From NCBI RefSeq assembly GCF_006345805.1, contig NC_043009.1, positions 60,512,001 to 60,576,000 on the forward strand: a stretch of DNA of 64,000 nucleotides. The letters are read 5' to 3'. Under the pieces are notes generated by a model. That model was given only the letters and a program-made list of their open reading frames with translations, ran no database searches and was not told where the DNA came from. The DNA is from Octopus sinensis. Its lineage: Eukaryota. The position numbers and the translations under genes are program-made. Positions 1 to 13,335 of the stretch are shown one piece after another. The number at the start of each line of letters is the position of its first letter. The first letter of the stretch is position 1.

Positions 1-470
1 CACAGCAGACAAATATATTGATGAGGTGTCTAGTCTCATTTTGCAACAGTAGCCTCATTCTGAGAAACTAGCCTCCTTCTGAACTACACTGTAAAAACAG
101 CCTCAGTTCCTGCCAAGCTTTGGTCAAAGACTCATGTCTTCTACACAGCTCCATATGCAATCTCCCATGTGCAACTCACATGTCTATTCACCTCAACACA
201 AAATATATGGTTTGTAAACAAAGCTATTTTATCACACATACATTCTCAAAATGACTGTTCTCATTGCACACATGCAGACATACTGTAATACAAATATTAT
301 ATGTTACTTCTTTTAGTGCAAAAGCAAAAATCAAAACTTTCTTTGTATGCAAACACTCACGTTTTTGTATGATACTCTATGCTTCCACAACAAAATGGGA
401 ACACAGAATAAACAATATATTTATACATAAGAATGTCTTACGGTGATTCATACTATTTTACATTTAATAC

Positions 471-697
471 CTATTTCTTTACTACCCACAAGGGGCTAAA
501 CACAGAGGAAACAAACAAGGACAGACAAACGGATTAAGTCGATTATATCGACCCCAGTGTGTAACTTGGTACTTATTTAATCGACCTCGAAAGGCTGAAA
601 TGCAAAGTCAACCGAGGCGGAATTTGAACTCAGAACGTAGCGGCAGATGAAATACCGCTAAGCATTTAGCCCGGCATGCTAACGCTTCTGCCAGCTC
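471..697 (-). mobile_element. tRNA-derived SINE, family A (Meta-domain-like centre)
   Basis: Reverse complement of the family A consensus seen many times in the window: A box TGGCAGAA, B box GAGTTCAAATTC, core CTTTCATCCTTTCGGGGTCGAT, tail AAAGAAATAG. Confidence 0.85.
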
Positions 698-715
698 TCT
701 GTCTTTTTTCATTTA

Positions 716-1615
716 ATAGCATGCGCTTTACTACCAAGATATGTAAATGACTTCACATTATTTAGGCTTTTCCCATCAATGTGTATAGGAGTGTCAGGAA
801 AATTGTGAACCGGTTGCCTCTGCTTCGCACCTTGAATTTGTTTGGGAGTAGGGCAAGGTTGGTGTATAACTTCTGTCTTCTTTATGCTGATGGTCAAACC
901 AAAGGCTTTCCATGCAGCAGAAAACCGGTCTAGAAGTCCCTGAGCTTCCTCTAGAGAGGACACTACTAGTGCAGCAGCATCTGCAAAAAGTAGATCTTCA
1001 ATGATACTGGTGCGTAGCAGTGTTCTGACTTTGAAACACTGATGATTGAATAGTCCACCACTTGTTCAGAACTGGAATTTGATACCACTTTGTACGTTGC
1101 CAAAAGCAAACCTCAGCATCACTGAAAAGAAGAGTGCAAACAATACAGGAACCATTACACAACCTTGCTTTGTGCTGTTTGTAAATTCGAAGGAAGCCGA
1201 AGATCCCCCACCGGACACGACAGCAGCCTTCATTCCCTCAAAAACTCCGCATACCGGAAGCCAGCAAGTGTATGGGGTCATCAGGAGAGAATGCGCGCCG
1301 TTTCGGGGCCTACCTCTCAGCTTGTTAATTTTCCCAGTTTCTCCACTGTAGAGCCTGTCATTTTATAAAGAGCCCGACATACCTTCTTTTCAAACTCTTT
1401 ATATTATCCTTTCTCATTAGCAGCCGGCCACAAAACCCTCGGTTTCCTCTGAGTATTATCTGATGCACCAGTTTCATGACTTGCAGTTTCCTTGCGGGAA
1501 GAGGTCTTTGCTGTAGCATTTATTGATCTGCTGTGGTTTGAGTCCGGGGATGATTTGCTTCATTGTAATAATAGTATTGAGGCATCGTTTACACAGCTGG
1601 ATGCTCATTCAGTTC
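716..1615 (-). mobile_element. RTE-clade LINE reverse transcriptase fragment (degraded)
   Basis: Minus-strand ORF pieces read KQGCVMVPVLFALFFS, LLFADAAAL, FGLTISIKKTEV and FTYLGS, which are RTE RT motifs; frameshifted. Confidence 0.8.
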
Positions 1616-1985
1616 CTAACTTTTAGCTGTTTCCATAGGAAGGGATCTTTTATTCCACATCTCTTTGAAAGCACAAATACAGCAGACGATCTGTTGACCG
1701 GGAGAAATTGATGATAATATCACCATTTGTAGTCCAGTGAACTTTGGAGATGTACACACACACGCATACATGTGCACACACACACACGTGCGTGCATGTG
1801 CATGCACACGCAAACACACACACACATTGTTTAGTAAACACAGTCTGAGTTGTTTTCATCCCATGAAACTATCAGCAGCTAATAAAAATATATACGGTGT
1901 TTATTAAATAATATTTATCTGTCACCTGATGGAGAGATTTTTTTTTCCTGATCTTAACAGAACATTATATATATATATATATATA

Positions 1986-2150
1986 TCATCATCATCATCA
2001 TCATCATTTAATGTCCGCTTTCCATGCTAGCATGGGTTGGACGATTTGACTGAGGGCTGGCGAACCAGATGGCTGCGCCAGGCTCCAATCTGATCTGGGC
2101 AGAGTTTCTACAGCTGGATGCCCTTCCTAACGCCAACCACTTCGAGAGTG
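1986..2150 (-). mobile_element. Family D element: RTE 3' end / V-domain-like sequence with (ATG)n tail
   Basis: (CAT)n followed by GGATGCCCTTCCTAACGCCAACC, the same block attached to RTE RT at 25360-26190 and 62588-63898. Confidence 0.75.
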
Positions 2151-2379
2151 GGTGATGTGTAGGTGTGTGTGTGTGTATGTACACACACACACACACACAC
2201 ACAGAGGAGGCATATGAAACTAGCAGGAGCTATGATATTGAGAATATAACAGCCTGTCAAAGGCCTTTGGCTAGATTCCACACTTGGTTTTAGTGCTAAG
2301 TGCTTAGCTTCATATTTAGGATTTGTAGGGAAAGGGCTGTTTCAGAATGCAGGAGAGGGCACAAAAGCACCTGAAGAAA

Positions 2380-2765
2380 TCTTTATATATAAAAGTGAAT
2401 TTGTGTGTCTGTTTCCTACGATTTAGATTCCTAACTACTCCCACATTTTGCGGTGCAGTTTAACCATAGTCGTGATTCATATCGAGCCCTTCTGGGTACT
2501 AGCACGCGTCTACGATGAGACTACGATTTAAAAAAAAATTTACCATCATTTTTTTCCGTTTTAATGCATTTTTTTCGCTATTATATAAGGGAAGTAACTC
2601 TCTAAAAATGTCTACGATGAGTCAACGATTTAAAAAAAAATTTACTATCATTTTTTTTCCATTTTTAATGCATTTTTTTTTGCTATTTTTTGGCTATAAC
2701 TCTCTAAAAATGCTTATATAGTTAATTCCCTTACAAACCCGAGCAACGCCGGGTGATACTGCTAG
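2380..2765 (+). mobile_element. Non-autonomous Helitron
   Basis: Starts TC after A and ends CTAG before T, with the hairpin CCCGAGCAACGCCGGG just upstream; near-identical copy at 30379-30753. Confidence 0.8.
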
Positions 2766-3064
2766 TGTAGTATAAATCACTAATCAGAAATCAATATAAA
2801 TTAATTGCTTTTTTCTTTTACCTCTTCTTTCATCATTATCATTTAACGTCCGTTTTCCATGCTAGCATGGGTTGGACGATTTTGACTGAGGGCTGGCAAC
2901 CAGATATCTGCACTAGGCTCCAGTCTTTCTTCTTGTTTATTTACAATTTAGTCACAATTGAAGGATAAATGCTTATTATAGACTTTATCTCTCATTCTAG
3001 CCTCATGCAGTTATTTAGTATGGACTTTATTATATTGTTTTTATTTTCATGTGATTTGAAGCAG

Positions 3065-3235
3065 ATGACAGCATATGTAACCATGATGAAAGTCTACCAA
3101 CAGTCACCCCTACTCCAAAGATGGATAGAAAAACTAAAAGTAAACTGTTGAAAACTATGTCATTGAGTTTTATTTTGGGCTCTGCTTCTTCAAAAATTCA
3201 AAATGGTTCATTATTGAGTCTGCCTGACAATTTGG
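3065..3235 (+). CDS. Exon A (171 nt, phase 1-1) of an unidentified gene: xDSICNHDESLPTVTPTPKMDRKTKSKLLKTMSLSFILGSASSKIQNGSLLSLPDNL
   Basis: Pyrimidine tract plus GCAG acceptor, TTGG|GTAAGT donor, length divisible by 3, stop-free in phase 1, joins in frame to the exon at 7110. Confidence 0.65.
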
Positions 3236-3889
3236 GTAAGTATGAAGAATTTGTGAAATATTATCAAAGCTTGTGATAGTTCTCATACAGTTGTCAAATG
3301 GTTAGTTTTCAGAAGTGGAATCCAAGCCAATTTCTCACTATTTTGTCTATCATGTCCAAAACTTTAGATCTTCCATAATCCTTGTAGACATAATGAGAGA
3401 TGGGTCTAGAGGAGTTGTGAGGTTGCTAGAGAAGTATCATGGTGGACCTGTGCTGCGTGCAATAGGCTAAATGCAGAGAAGCCTCAGCCATACCGTTCAC
3501 AGACATGAAACAAAAGTACAAGTTTTCCTTGATTGGTAGCAGTAATGGTATGAGTAGAATAAGCATACTTTTGTAGAGAAGTGTGTAGATAAAGTAAGCA
3601 AGGTAGTCAGAGTGAATGATAAGATAATTAAACTTTGATTAATTTTACATAATATGAGAGCAACAGTTATCTCCACATAATTTCCACAATCCGGATTAGC
3701 AGATGAACTGAAGATCCAGTTCAATGAAGCCTCATTCTTACTACTTTAGCGACAAATGGCAATGTCTTCATCATTTTGGCTAATAACTTCAATAAACATG
3801 TTTGGCAACACCCTAGAAGTTTCCATAACATACATGGATATTAAAACTTGGATCTAAGAGACAAGGAGGAAACAAAGCTCCTACACGTC

Positions 3890-4130
3890 TATAATGTTGA
3901 TGAATGACAATTTGCAACACTGACTTCAGGAAACCGGCCAGGCACCTCAACACCTACAAATCAAGTAAACACACAAGCCGGATAAACTTCATTCTTAGAT
4001 CGTGAATGCTAAGTCTTTTGTCTGAGAAGAATGTACAACCCAACACAGATTGGAAATTAGTGGCTTCAGAGGAAGATCTAGAATGGATTCAGAAATACAG
4101 AACTTCACTTAGGGAATGACAAAGGACTGT
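3890..4130 (+). mobile_element. Possible LINE apurinic-endonuclease remnant
   Basis: Degraded reading like TICNTDFRKPARHLNTY...INFIL resembles the end of the APE domain; weak. Confidence 0.3.
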
Positions 4131-5899
4131 GACAATCAGTAATGCCCCTATTGATGGAGGCCAGGTGGTTTATATCATCGTCATTATCATCATTATTTAC
4201 TGTCCATGCTCCATGTTGACATGGGTTGGACAGATTGGTTTACTACTACAGTCAAGATGCCTCACCATCCACGATACACCAGATTCTGCTTTACACTTAA
4301 CAATTATGACAATATCGACGTTTATAGACTTCAGCATATGGAGCATATTCTTTATATGGGTTTTCGAAAATTTTCACCAAAAATTTGACCCAAAAATTTT
4401 TCAAAAATTTTCCCCGAGCTAAAAATAGATTTTTTGGTGGCTAAAATTTTAGGTGGAAAATTTTACCCACAAATTTTTCGAAAATTTTCACCAAAAATTT
4501 TACCCATAAATTTTTAGAAAATTTTCACCAAGGAATGCATTGTGCTTCAGTATCTGTTTTGGCATGGCTTCTATGTTTGGATGCCTTTCCTAATGCCAAC
4601 CATTTTACAAAATGTAACTGGATGCTTTTATGGCACCAGCACTATTAAGATTGCCATGCAGCTTGCAACACCACAAACTCTGAGGGGACAGTTGTATGCT
4701 AGGATATGAGGGGTTAAAGGTATAAAAAAGGGAGCAGAGTAGAACAGGTTTCCTGTCCTTGTGTGGCTTCTCCCATTTTAGAAGAAAGGGCTGGAAGTGA
4801 TCAAGGTAGAGCTGAAAGTGGTAAAATTAGTGGTGATTAGTGATGTATGGGGTGAGTAGAAGTGAATGGGGAGAAAGGAACTAGGAGTGTGGGTGGGTGG
4901 GTGGCAATTTCAGGAGGGTATGGGGAAGAGAGGTGAGTGAGAACTGTAAAGTTTGGGTAGGATTGAAAGGTGGATATAGTGAATGATACAGAAGGGGTGT
5001 GAAACGACCAGTGGTGCAGGAATTGGTGGGAGGTAGGAGGAGTAGATGATTGACTGGCAACGCAGGAAAAGGGTGGGAGATGGGCAACAGAATGATGATA
5101 CAGTAATCAGGGATTCTCAATGTGGTCAGTACCACCCCAAGGGGGTGCTGGGCATGTCAAAGGGGGGCGTTGGGCTCGAGGGGGCAATGAGGTAACACAA
5201 TATGCTAGACTTTACCTATAATAGTAATTATATTTTCTACATGATAAAGCTAGAAATCCTTAAATCCTTAAAAATGTTTTAGCCCAAAGGCCGAGGCCAT
5301 GCTGGGGCACCTCATTAGGCACAGGGAAGTCATCAACTTGCAAGGAATAAAGTAAACTTTCAACTTTTGTCTGTATTAATTGTTTTTTCATAATTTCATT
5401 GTTATGCCAACCAGTTTTAGAGTAAAATTTATAAATTATCATCCATGTTAAATTAGTCAAGCTGTGATACCCCATTCGCCACTTGGGTGGGTGCAAGGCA
5501 TAGCAACTACTTAAGAGGTAATGGGTGGGGCTACAAAAAAGGTGGGTGGGGCTACAAAAAAACACTGCTATAAGCAGAAGGATGAAAGAGAAAGAGAGAG
5601 AGAGAGAGATGTAGTAGAGTAGGTTGGGGAGGGGAAAGCAGACGCAGAGGAGGTGAGTGAGAGGTGCATGGTGGTCCATGCACCTCCCTCATGGAGGAGG
5701 AGAGATAATGTTGTGACTCAGTGGGTGGGTGAGTGGAAATGATCATTGTAAAGTTTGGGTGGAGAAAACAGTGTTAATGGTTGAAGGATGAATCGTGAGT
5801 GAAGGTAAGTGGTACCAGGTAAGCACTGGAGTGAGAGAGATGATGGTGGCAGGGTGGGTGTATTTTGATAAGGAAACTGGGAAAAGGGCCTTGTTGTCC

Positions 5900-6470
5900 A
5901 TACATACACACCATCCGGTCAACTGACCAATCAGTCAGTCAACTATCCAACCAAGTGGCCAACTTACCAACTGCTCAACCAACCAATCAACCAGTCATTG
6001 AACCAACAAACCAACCAGCCAGCCAACAAACTAGCCAATCAACCAACCTGCCAGCCAGCAAGATTAGCCATCCAGCTGACCACACACCTCCCCAACCAAC
6101 CAACAAACCAATAAATCAACCTACCAACCAACCAACCAACAAACCAATAAATCAACCTACCAACCAAACAACCAACCAACCAGCCAGCCAGCCAACCAAC
6201 CAACTAACCAACCAACCAGCCAGCCAACCAACCAACCAACCAACCAGCCAGCCAGCCAGCCAATCAACCAACCAACCAACCAACCAACCAACCAACCAAT
6301 AAATGAACCAACCAATCAACTAATAAATCAACCAACTTATTTACCAAACAACCAACCAACCAATAAATCAACCAACTTATTTACCAACCAATCGACCAAC
6401 CTACCAACCAGCCAGATCAGTCAGCCAGCTGACCACACCCCACTCTCCAACCAACCAACTGACCAAACAT
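5900..6470. repeat. Compound (CCAA)n/(CCAG)n microsatellite
   Basis: Visible tetranucleotide periodicity; explains the PTNQ-rich ORF 5865..6302. Confidence 0.9.
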
Positions 6471-6676
6471 GGTAGAGTTTAGTGCAGGCAGCCTTCAATA
6501 TCCTACCTGTCAGCAGTGAATTCCTCAGGATGCACCCTCTTCCTGACAGCCTCCCAGACAACTCCAAAACAGTTGGGCTAACGTACCTCAAAGAAGACTT
6601 AGATGTGAAATGTTCAGCATACCCAAAACAAAAAAAGACTGTTTCCTAAAGACTCAAAGAAGGTGATGATATTGCT

Positions 6677-7000
6677 CTTTACTCTTTACTCTTTTACTTG
6701 TTTCAGTCATTTGACTGTGGCAATGCTGGAGCACCACCTTCAGTCGAGCAAATCGAACCCAGGACTTATTCTTTGTAAGCCTAGTACTTATTCTATTGGT
6801 CTCTTTTGCTGAACCGCTAAGTTACCGGGGATGTAACTACACCAGCATTGGTTGTCAAGTGATGTTGGGGAGGACAAACACAGACACACAAACATATACA
6901 CACACGTACATATATATATACATATATGTGACGGGCTTCTTTCAGTTTCCATCTACCAAATCCACTCACAAGGCTTTGGTCGGCCCAAGGCTATAGTAGA
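6677..7000 (-). mobile_element. tRNA-derived SINE, family C (CORE-like), 5'-truncated
   Basis: Matches the family C body and (GAGTAAAA)n tail seen at 13561-14057. Confidence 0.85.
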
Positions 7001-7109
7001 AGATAAAAAAAACCCTGCTTCATTGAATGAGAGAATACATTTCTGAAAATTCATATGATTTATAAATTTAGTAAACAATATATTCATATTTCCCAATTTT
7101 ATTTTACAG

Positions 7110-7145
7110 ATGAACCCAAGTGCCGTTTATCAATTCCAGTTCAAG
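7110..7145 (+). CDS. Micro-exon B (36 nt, phase 1-1): DEPKCRLSIPVQ
   Basis: TTTTATTTTACAG acceptor, CAAG|GTAAGT donor, symmetric and open in the frame of exon A. Confidence 0.6.
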
Positions 7146-8759
7146 GTAAGTAGATCATTATTATTCACATTCTACAGTCTATAATCTCTCTAATACAAAG
7201 TGAGCAGATTTCAACAAGGGGAGTATAATATGCAGGGTATTTTTAGGGAGCTGTACCTCTGAAAAACTTAAACCTTGTGTATAATACGCACCCCTTCTCT
7301 AACTTGAGTCAAGGAGGTCTGTATAACGTCCTTGGTTTGTAAAACTGTATATGGTAACGTCCTTTATTATTATTGTATATATAACATAATGCAAACGTGT
7401 AGCTTTTTTGTGCATTTTGTTTGCAGAAAACAAAGAAATAACAGTAATGACGTTAATAAATGTTGCTTACTGCAAGTTATGGATGATCCTTTTATGACTT
7501 CATTGCTTTCAGGTTTAGCTTAAGGTATTTTTGTGTCCGACCTCACAAAATGCGTCTGAATAAACATTGCCGGACAGCAAATAGAGTCTCGGACATTGCT
7601 TAGAAAATATTATTCATTTTTAACCTCGTATATAGTATGCAGTTGGGATTTTGACCTTTAAACTTGGAGGGGAAAATGCGGATTATACTCGAGGATTTAC
7701 GGTATATATCTCTATCCTTATAAAAAAACGAAGTTTGTTTGTATGTTGACTGCTGAAAATGCTAATATTTGAGATTTTTCATGTCATTTCAATTAATTTT
7801 ACTTTTCTGCAGACAGCTGTACACTAATTTTATGAAAATGGAATGATGGGGGCTGAGTTAGTGGTATATTGGTTCCTATTTCTAGTGACCCATGTACCTT
7901 TTATTTCACCATAATGCTTTTTACAGATAAGGCATACCTACACAAAGGGCCACACCAAATTCTTTTCTTCATGACTTCAGAAAATGGATATTTTTAAGTA
8001 AAATTTTCTTCAACTATGCTTACAATAGTACAGATTCCAACTATATTGGAATTTGTTGTGAAAACCTTTATTTTGCTCCCAATAAAGCTGAATCGTTTGA
8101 AATTTCCAAAACTGCTCTCCTGACTTGTGGAGAATGATTTTCGCAACAAATTCTGGAATCTAAACCATCTGGAACATTTTTTATAAAATTTCATTTAAAA
8201 ATATCCATTTTTCAGAAAGTTAAGAAACAAACTCTGTGGGGCACAGTTGTGTAGTTATGACTATAAGAACACATTTATATATACATGCATGCAGGAAGGC
8301 TGACATTTTTACATATACATTCTCACATAAATATAACACACATGTATATTTATATATACCTACATTCCTATATACATTCCTATATTTTTAAACATTTATC
8401 TCAGATGTATACTTTTATAATATACTAGCATTATGACCTGACAACATGAGTACTGTCCAAATCTCCGACCAATCACATACAGCTAGCTGGCATTCAATTG
8501 ACGTATCAAGTTTCGGGCATTTTGATTGGATTTTGAATAGAAAATTCACAAAAACGTCACTTCTATTGATTTTTTAATGGCTTTGCGGGGTGACTGGGGA
8601 AATGTAAAGATGTGCATGACCACCCTTGGACAGTTTTGAATGACCATAGAAAGTACGAGCCCTCTAACTGAAAAATTGTGGATTTGTATAAAGGACACAC
8701 ACACACACACACACATTTTGCCATTTATATATATAGAGATTACAGTAATACTAACACAT

Positions 8760-8804
<45 letters not shown>

Positions 8805-9360
8805 TTTACTAGCTCTACAACTACTGCCAACACCAAACGGGGAGGGAGGGGCCCTTCACAGTTGGAGACAAGCACATCTCAACTGTTTTAATAAATAAGA
8901 AGCACCCACTGAGGTCATGAAGAAATTCTTTCCATACATTTTTTCCTGTCTTTCCATGCCTCGAATTCATTGAACAGCTGGTAGCTGTGTATTTTATGAT
9001 TATGCTCTTATCTACTGATAACCTCCAAAATAATATCTATCCAGATAAACTGATGACAGTAGTCCCAAATACAGAAGCCAAATGTCTATGGGACCAAAAG
9101 GTCTCCACAGCATAACTGCAATTTCTAATGCTAAGTCAAATACTCAGTTCACAGTTTATGCCAAAACACTACAAAACACCCAGTCACTACAAATTCATCT
9201 TATCTGCAAAACACTTTGATTTACTATTGGAACATCCCTTCTCTTACATGTATTACGGTTACAAGGTGACTATAGCAAACGATGGAGAGAAGCCTAAGAA
9301 AGGCTTGGGGGGCAGGGATTGCCGTAGATATCTGAGAGCATTCTGGGTGAAAGCAGATGT

Positions 9361-9741
9361 TGGAAGCACTCCGTCAGTTACGATGATGAGGGTTCCGGTT
9401 GATCCGAATCAACGGAACAGCCTGCTCGTGAAATTAACGTGTAAGTGGCTGAGCACTCCACAGACACGTGTACCCTTAACGTAGTTCTCGGGGATATTCA
9501 GCGTGACACAGAGAGTGACAAGGCCGGCCCTTTGAAATACAGGTACAACAGAAACAGGAAGTAAGAGTAAGAGAAAGTTGTGGTGAAAGAGTACAGCAGG
9601 GATCACCATCATCCCCTGCCAGAGCCTCGTGGAGCTTTAGGTGTTTTCGCTCAATAAACACAACGCCCGGTCTGGGAATCGAAACCGTGATCCTATGACC
9701 GCGAGTCCGCTGCCCTAACCACTGGGCCATTGCGCCTCCAC
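9361..9741 (-). mobile_element. tRNA-derived SINE, family B (about 390 bp, full length)
   Basis: Head GGAGGCGCAATGGCCCAGTGGTTAGG...GGTTTCGATTCCC with A and B boxes; copies at 34118 and 60361. Confidence 0.85.
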
Positions 9742-9976
9742 GTGAAAGCAGATAAGTAAGGTGTGACAGTAGGCAGGGAAAGATAATGGGAAACGGAGGT
9801 GGTTTGGGGTAGGGAAGAAAAGTATCCGGGAAAGGTGGGGGTTGTAGTATGTGGCTATTCTGCTCCCAGGTTATAGAGAAGTGATGGATGTTTGGATATG
9901 AAATTTGAGGGGCAAAGGTTGACAGTGCAAAACCCCTTATATACAAGCATTGCCAAAGTGGTTTTAGGATATCAAA

Positions 9977-10207
9977 GGCGGCGAGCTGGCAGAAACGTTA
10001 GCTCGTCGGGCGAAATGCTTAGTGGTATTTCGTCTGCCGTTACGTTGTGAGTTCAAATTCCGCTGAGGTCGACTTTACCTTTCATCCTTTCGGGGTCGAT
10101 AAATTAAGTACCAGTTATGCACTGGGGTCGATGTAATCGACTTAATACCTATGTCTGTCCTTGTTTGTCCCTTCTATGTTTAGCCCCTTGTTGGTAATAA
10201 AGAAATG
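9977..10207 (+). mobile_element. SINE family A
   Basis: Full-length match to the family A consensus. Confidence 0.85.
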
Positions 10208-10436
10208 GGTTTTAGGATATCAATTCTACTGTGGTAGCCGAGTCTTTTTAAGAATGGCAAGGTGCCAGTTATCTCAATCCTTTTTCATCTCTTTTGTAAG
10301 GCTCAGCATTCTGAGATCAACCTTCAGTACTTCATTCCATGTCTTCCTCTTCCACAAGTTCCAGGAACACAGAAGCATAACCTGTATTTTATGCCTTATA
10401 TAATTTAAACTGTATTTCTCTATTTCATTTTTTCAG

Positions 10437-10466
10437 AGCATGGTAGCACAGCTGTATCAGCTTATG
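10437..10466 (+). CDS. Micro-exon C (30 nt, phase 1-1): EHGSTAVSAY
   Basis: TTTCATTTTTTCAG acceptor, TATG|GTATGT donor, open in frame; flanks are paralogous to exon D. Confidence 0.65.
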
Positions 10467-10519
10467 GTATGTATATCTTTTTCAACTAAACTATATACAG
10501 TCTGCCAAGTGAAACTATA

Positions 10520-11145
10520 GTCATAGCCAATGCTGGGGTCACATAACTGGCACCTGTGTCAATGGCATGTAAAAAGCACCCTTTGAATGTCGGGCCTCAC
10601 ACAGGTAATAAGTAACCAAGACCTTTAGTGATATGCCTATTTCTTTACTACCCACAAGGGGCTAAACACAGAGGGGGACAAACAAGGACAGATAAAGGGA
10701 TTAAGTCGATTACATTGACCCCAGTGCATAACTGGTACTTAATTTATTGACCCCGAAAGGATGAAAGGCAAAGTTGACCTCGGTGGAATTTGAACTCAGA
10801 ACGTAATGGCAGACGAAATACGGCTATGCATTTCGGCCGGCATGCTAACGTTTCTGCCAGATTGCCGCCTTTAGTGATATGCCATGCTTGAGAAGACTCA
10901 TCTAGCCAACTGAAATCATAAGTGTGACCGGTGGTGGTGTCATTCCACTGGCACTCATGCTAGTGGAACATAAAAAGCACCCATTACATTTTAGGAATGG
11001 TTTGCGTTAGGAAGGGCAATCAGCTGTAGAAACCATGCCAAATGAAATTGGGGCCTGATGCAGCTCTCTAGTTTACCAGTTTTAGTCAAACAGTCTAACC
11101 CATACCAGCATGGAAAGCAGGTACTAAATGATGATGATGATGAAG
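10520..11145 (+). mobile_element. Family D (RTE 3' UTR / V-domain-like) element, interrupted by a family A SINE
   Basis: GCGTTAGGAAGGGCAATCAGCTGTAGAAAC and an (ATG)n tail at about 11128-11145. Confidence 0.6.
10637..10870 (-). mobile_element. SINE family A with target-site duplication
   Basis: Full-length copy flanked by the direct repeat CTTTAGTGATATGCC at about 10623 and 10870. Confidence 0.9.
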
Positions 11146-11149
11146 ATGA

Positions 11150-12745
11150 GGAATCAGCCTGCATTTATCACTCGCCACCCCATAAGTGTAATGGGTGTTT
11201 TTACGTGTCACCTGCATAGATGCCATTTGCATGACATTGGTATCTACCACGGCTGCAGTTTTACTTGGCTTCATGGGTCTTCTTCTCGAGCACAGCATAA
11301 TGCCAAATGGACTCGGTCGTTGCTCTGTGATGGGTCTTCTCTCAAGCATAATATAATACCAAAGATCTCGGTCATTGCCTCTGTGAGGCCCAGCATTTGA
11401 AAGGAGCTCAACCACTTCTGCCTCTGTGAGGCTCAGCACTTGAATGGTGCTTTTCAAGTTCCACCTGCATGAGTGCTGGTTATGTCACACCAGCATCGGC
11501 CATGACTGTGATTTCACTTGGCTTGATGGGGATTTTTTCAAGCACAGCATATTGCCAAAGGTCTCGGCCACTAGTCATTGCCTCTGTGAGGTCCAAAGTT
11601 CAGAGATCATACTTCACCACTTCATCCCATGTCTTACTGGGTCTACCTGTACCACAGGTTCCCTCCACACTTAAGGATTGGCACTTCTTTACACAGTTAT
11701 TCTCGTCCATATGCATCACATGACCATAGCAGTGCATTCGTCTCTCTTGCACACCACTTCTGGTGCCTCTTATGCCTAACTTTTCTCTCAAAATGTTTAC
11801 TCTCTGTCATACATGCACACTGACATTGCACATCCAGCAAAGCATGCTGGCTTCATTTCTTTCAAGCCTATGCATGTCCTCAGCTGTCACAGCCCATGTT
11901 TCACTGCCATGTAGCATAGCTGTTCACACACAGGCATCATGCAATCTACCTTTCACTCTGAGAGAGAGGCCCTTTGTTGCCAGCAGAGGCAGAAGCTCTC
12001 TAAACTTTGCCCAAACTAATCTTTTTCTGACAGCTATGCTCACACAGCATCCACCTCTGCTATAACGTGATCACCTAGGTAACTGAAGTTATTTACTACC
12101 TCTAGCTTATCCCCATGGCAATTGATGGGGTTCTATTTTATGTACATTTTCGGTGTTTATTCTACCTGTGCATCTACCACACGCAAAAGCTATTTTCCCT
12201 GTTAACCTTCGTCTGATATTGCTGCACCTTTTATGTGTCAAGAGCTTACACTTGGTTCATCTTAGAGAGTTAATACCTACACCTTTTCTACACATAGAGC
12301 AGGGCTATCTACCTGAAGGGACTTGTAATTTGTCTGCCTTCCTACTTACTACAACTTTGGTTTTTGGTAGGTTAACTCTAAGGCCCTTCAACCTTGCTTC
12401 CACACCTGGAACATCTTCTCCAGTTCTGGTAATGATTCAGCTGTAAGAACAAAGTCATCAGTGTAGAGGAGTTCCCAGGGGCAGCCAGTCTTAAATTCTT
12501 CTGTTATTGCCTGTAGGACTATGATGAACAAGATGGGGCTGAGCATCGATCCTTAATGAACCCCTACTTCTACCCTAAATTTTTTGCCGTACACATCGCT
12601 AATCCTCACAATATTGGTAGCATCTCTGTACATAACTTGTACAGCTCTCACCAGCCACTCATCTAACCCTAGTTTCCACATTGTCCACCAGATAAGGAAT
12701 CGGAGGGATCCTGTTAAAAGCTTTCTACAAGTCCAGAATGTCAAC
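11150..12745 (-). mobile_element. RTE-clade LINE 3' half (degraded RT)
   Basis: GVQERRMHCYGHVMHMDE...GRPSKTWDEVVK and KLGLDEWLVRAVQVMYRDAT...FRVEVGVH; multiple frameshifts. Confidence 0.85.
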
Positions 12746-12945
12746 GAATTTTAGAGAACAATGACCAGTTTAATTGAATGTTTGAAAGAAAAGCAGAGAA
12801 TTTGCATTTTTTATTCTATAAGTAGCTTCAAAATTGGAAACATAATACTCATCTCTATAAATATTCAGGTAAACATATATATATGTATATATGTAGCATT
12901 GGATTTTTCTAACTTTACATATTTTTCTAATTTGTAAATATTCTC

Positions 12946-13335
12946 TCTTTTACTCTTTAACTTGTTTCAGTCATTTGACTGCGGCCATGCTGGAGCACCG
13001 CCTTTAGTCGAGCAAATCGACCCCGGGACTTATTCTTTGTAAGCCCAGTACTTATTCTATCGGACTCCTTTTGCCGAACCACTAAGTGACGGGGACGTAA
13101 ACACACCAGCATCGGTTGTCAAGCAATGCTAGGGGGACAAACACAGACACACAAACACACACACATACATATATATATATATACATATATATGACAGGCT
13201 TCTTTCAGTTTCCGTCTACCAAATCCACTCACAAGGCATTGGTCGGCCCGGGGCTATAGCAGAAGACACTTGCCCAAGATGCCACGCAGTGGGACTGAAC
13301 CCGGAACCATGTGGTTGTTTAGCAAGCTACTTACC
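12946..13335 (-). mobile_element. SINE family C
   Basis: Full-length; CORE-like TTGGGCAAGTGTCTT block and internal (TA)/(CA) tract. Confidence 0.9.

Noticed and set aside
1639-1755. Exon candidate KGSFIPHLFESTNTADDLLTG / EIDDNITICSPVNFGDV
   Set aside because: Needs a frameshift and has no donor compatible with exon A.
5107-5500. Possible hAT terminus (CAGGGATTCTCAA) and transposase remnant
   Set aside because: No matching second TIR or convincing motif found.
5865-6302. 145-aa PTNQ ORF
   Set aside because: (CCAA)n microsatellite.
7513-7524. 12-nt AG/GT-bounded segment
   Set aside because: TAA in the gene's frame and a weak donor.
9977-10065. tRNA-like sequences with A and B boxes (many copies)
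   Set aside because: SINE heads; no complete cloverleaf and always followed by SINE bodies.
12826-12868. 43-nt exon candidate ending CAG|GTAAAC
   Set aside because: Contains a stop in phase 1, so it cannot fit between C and D.
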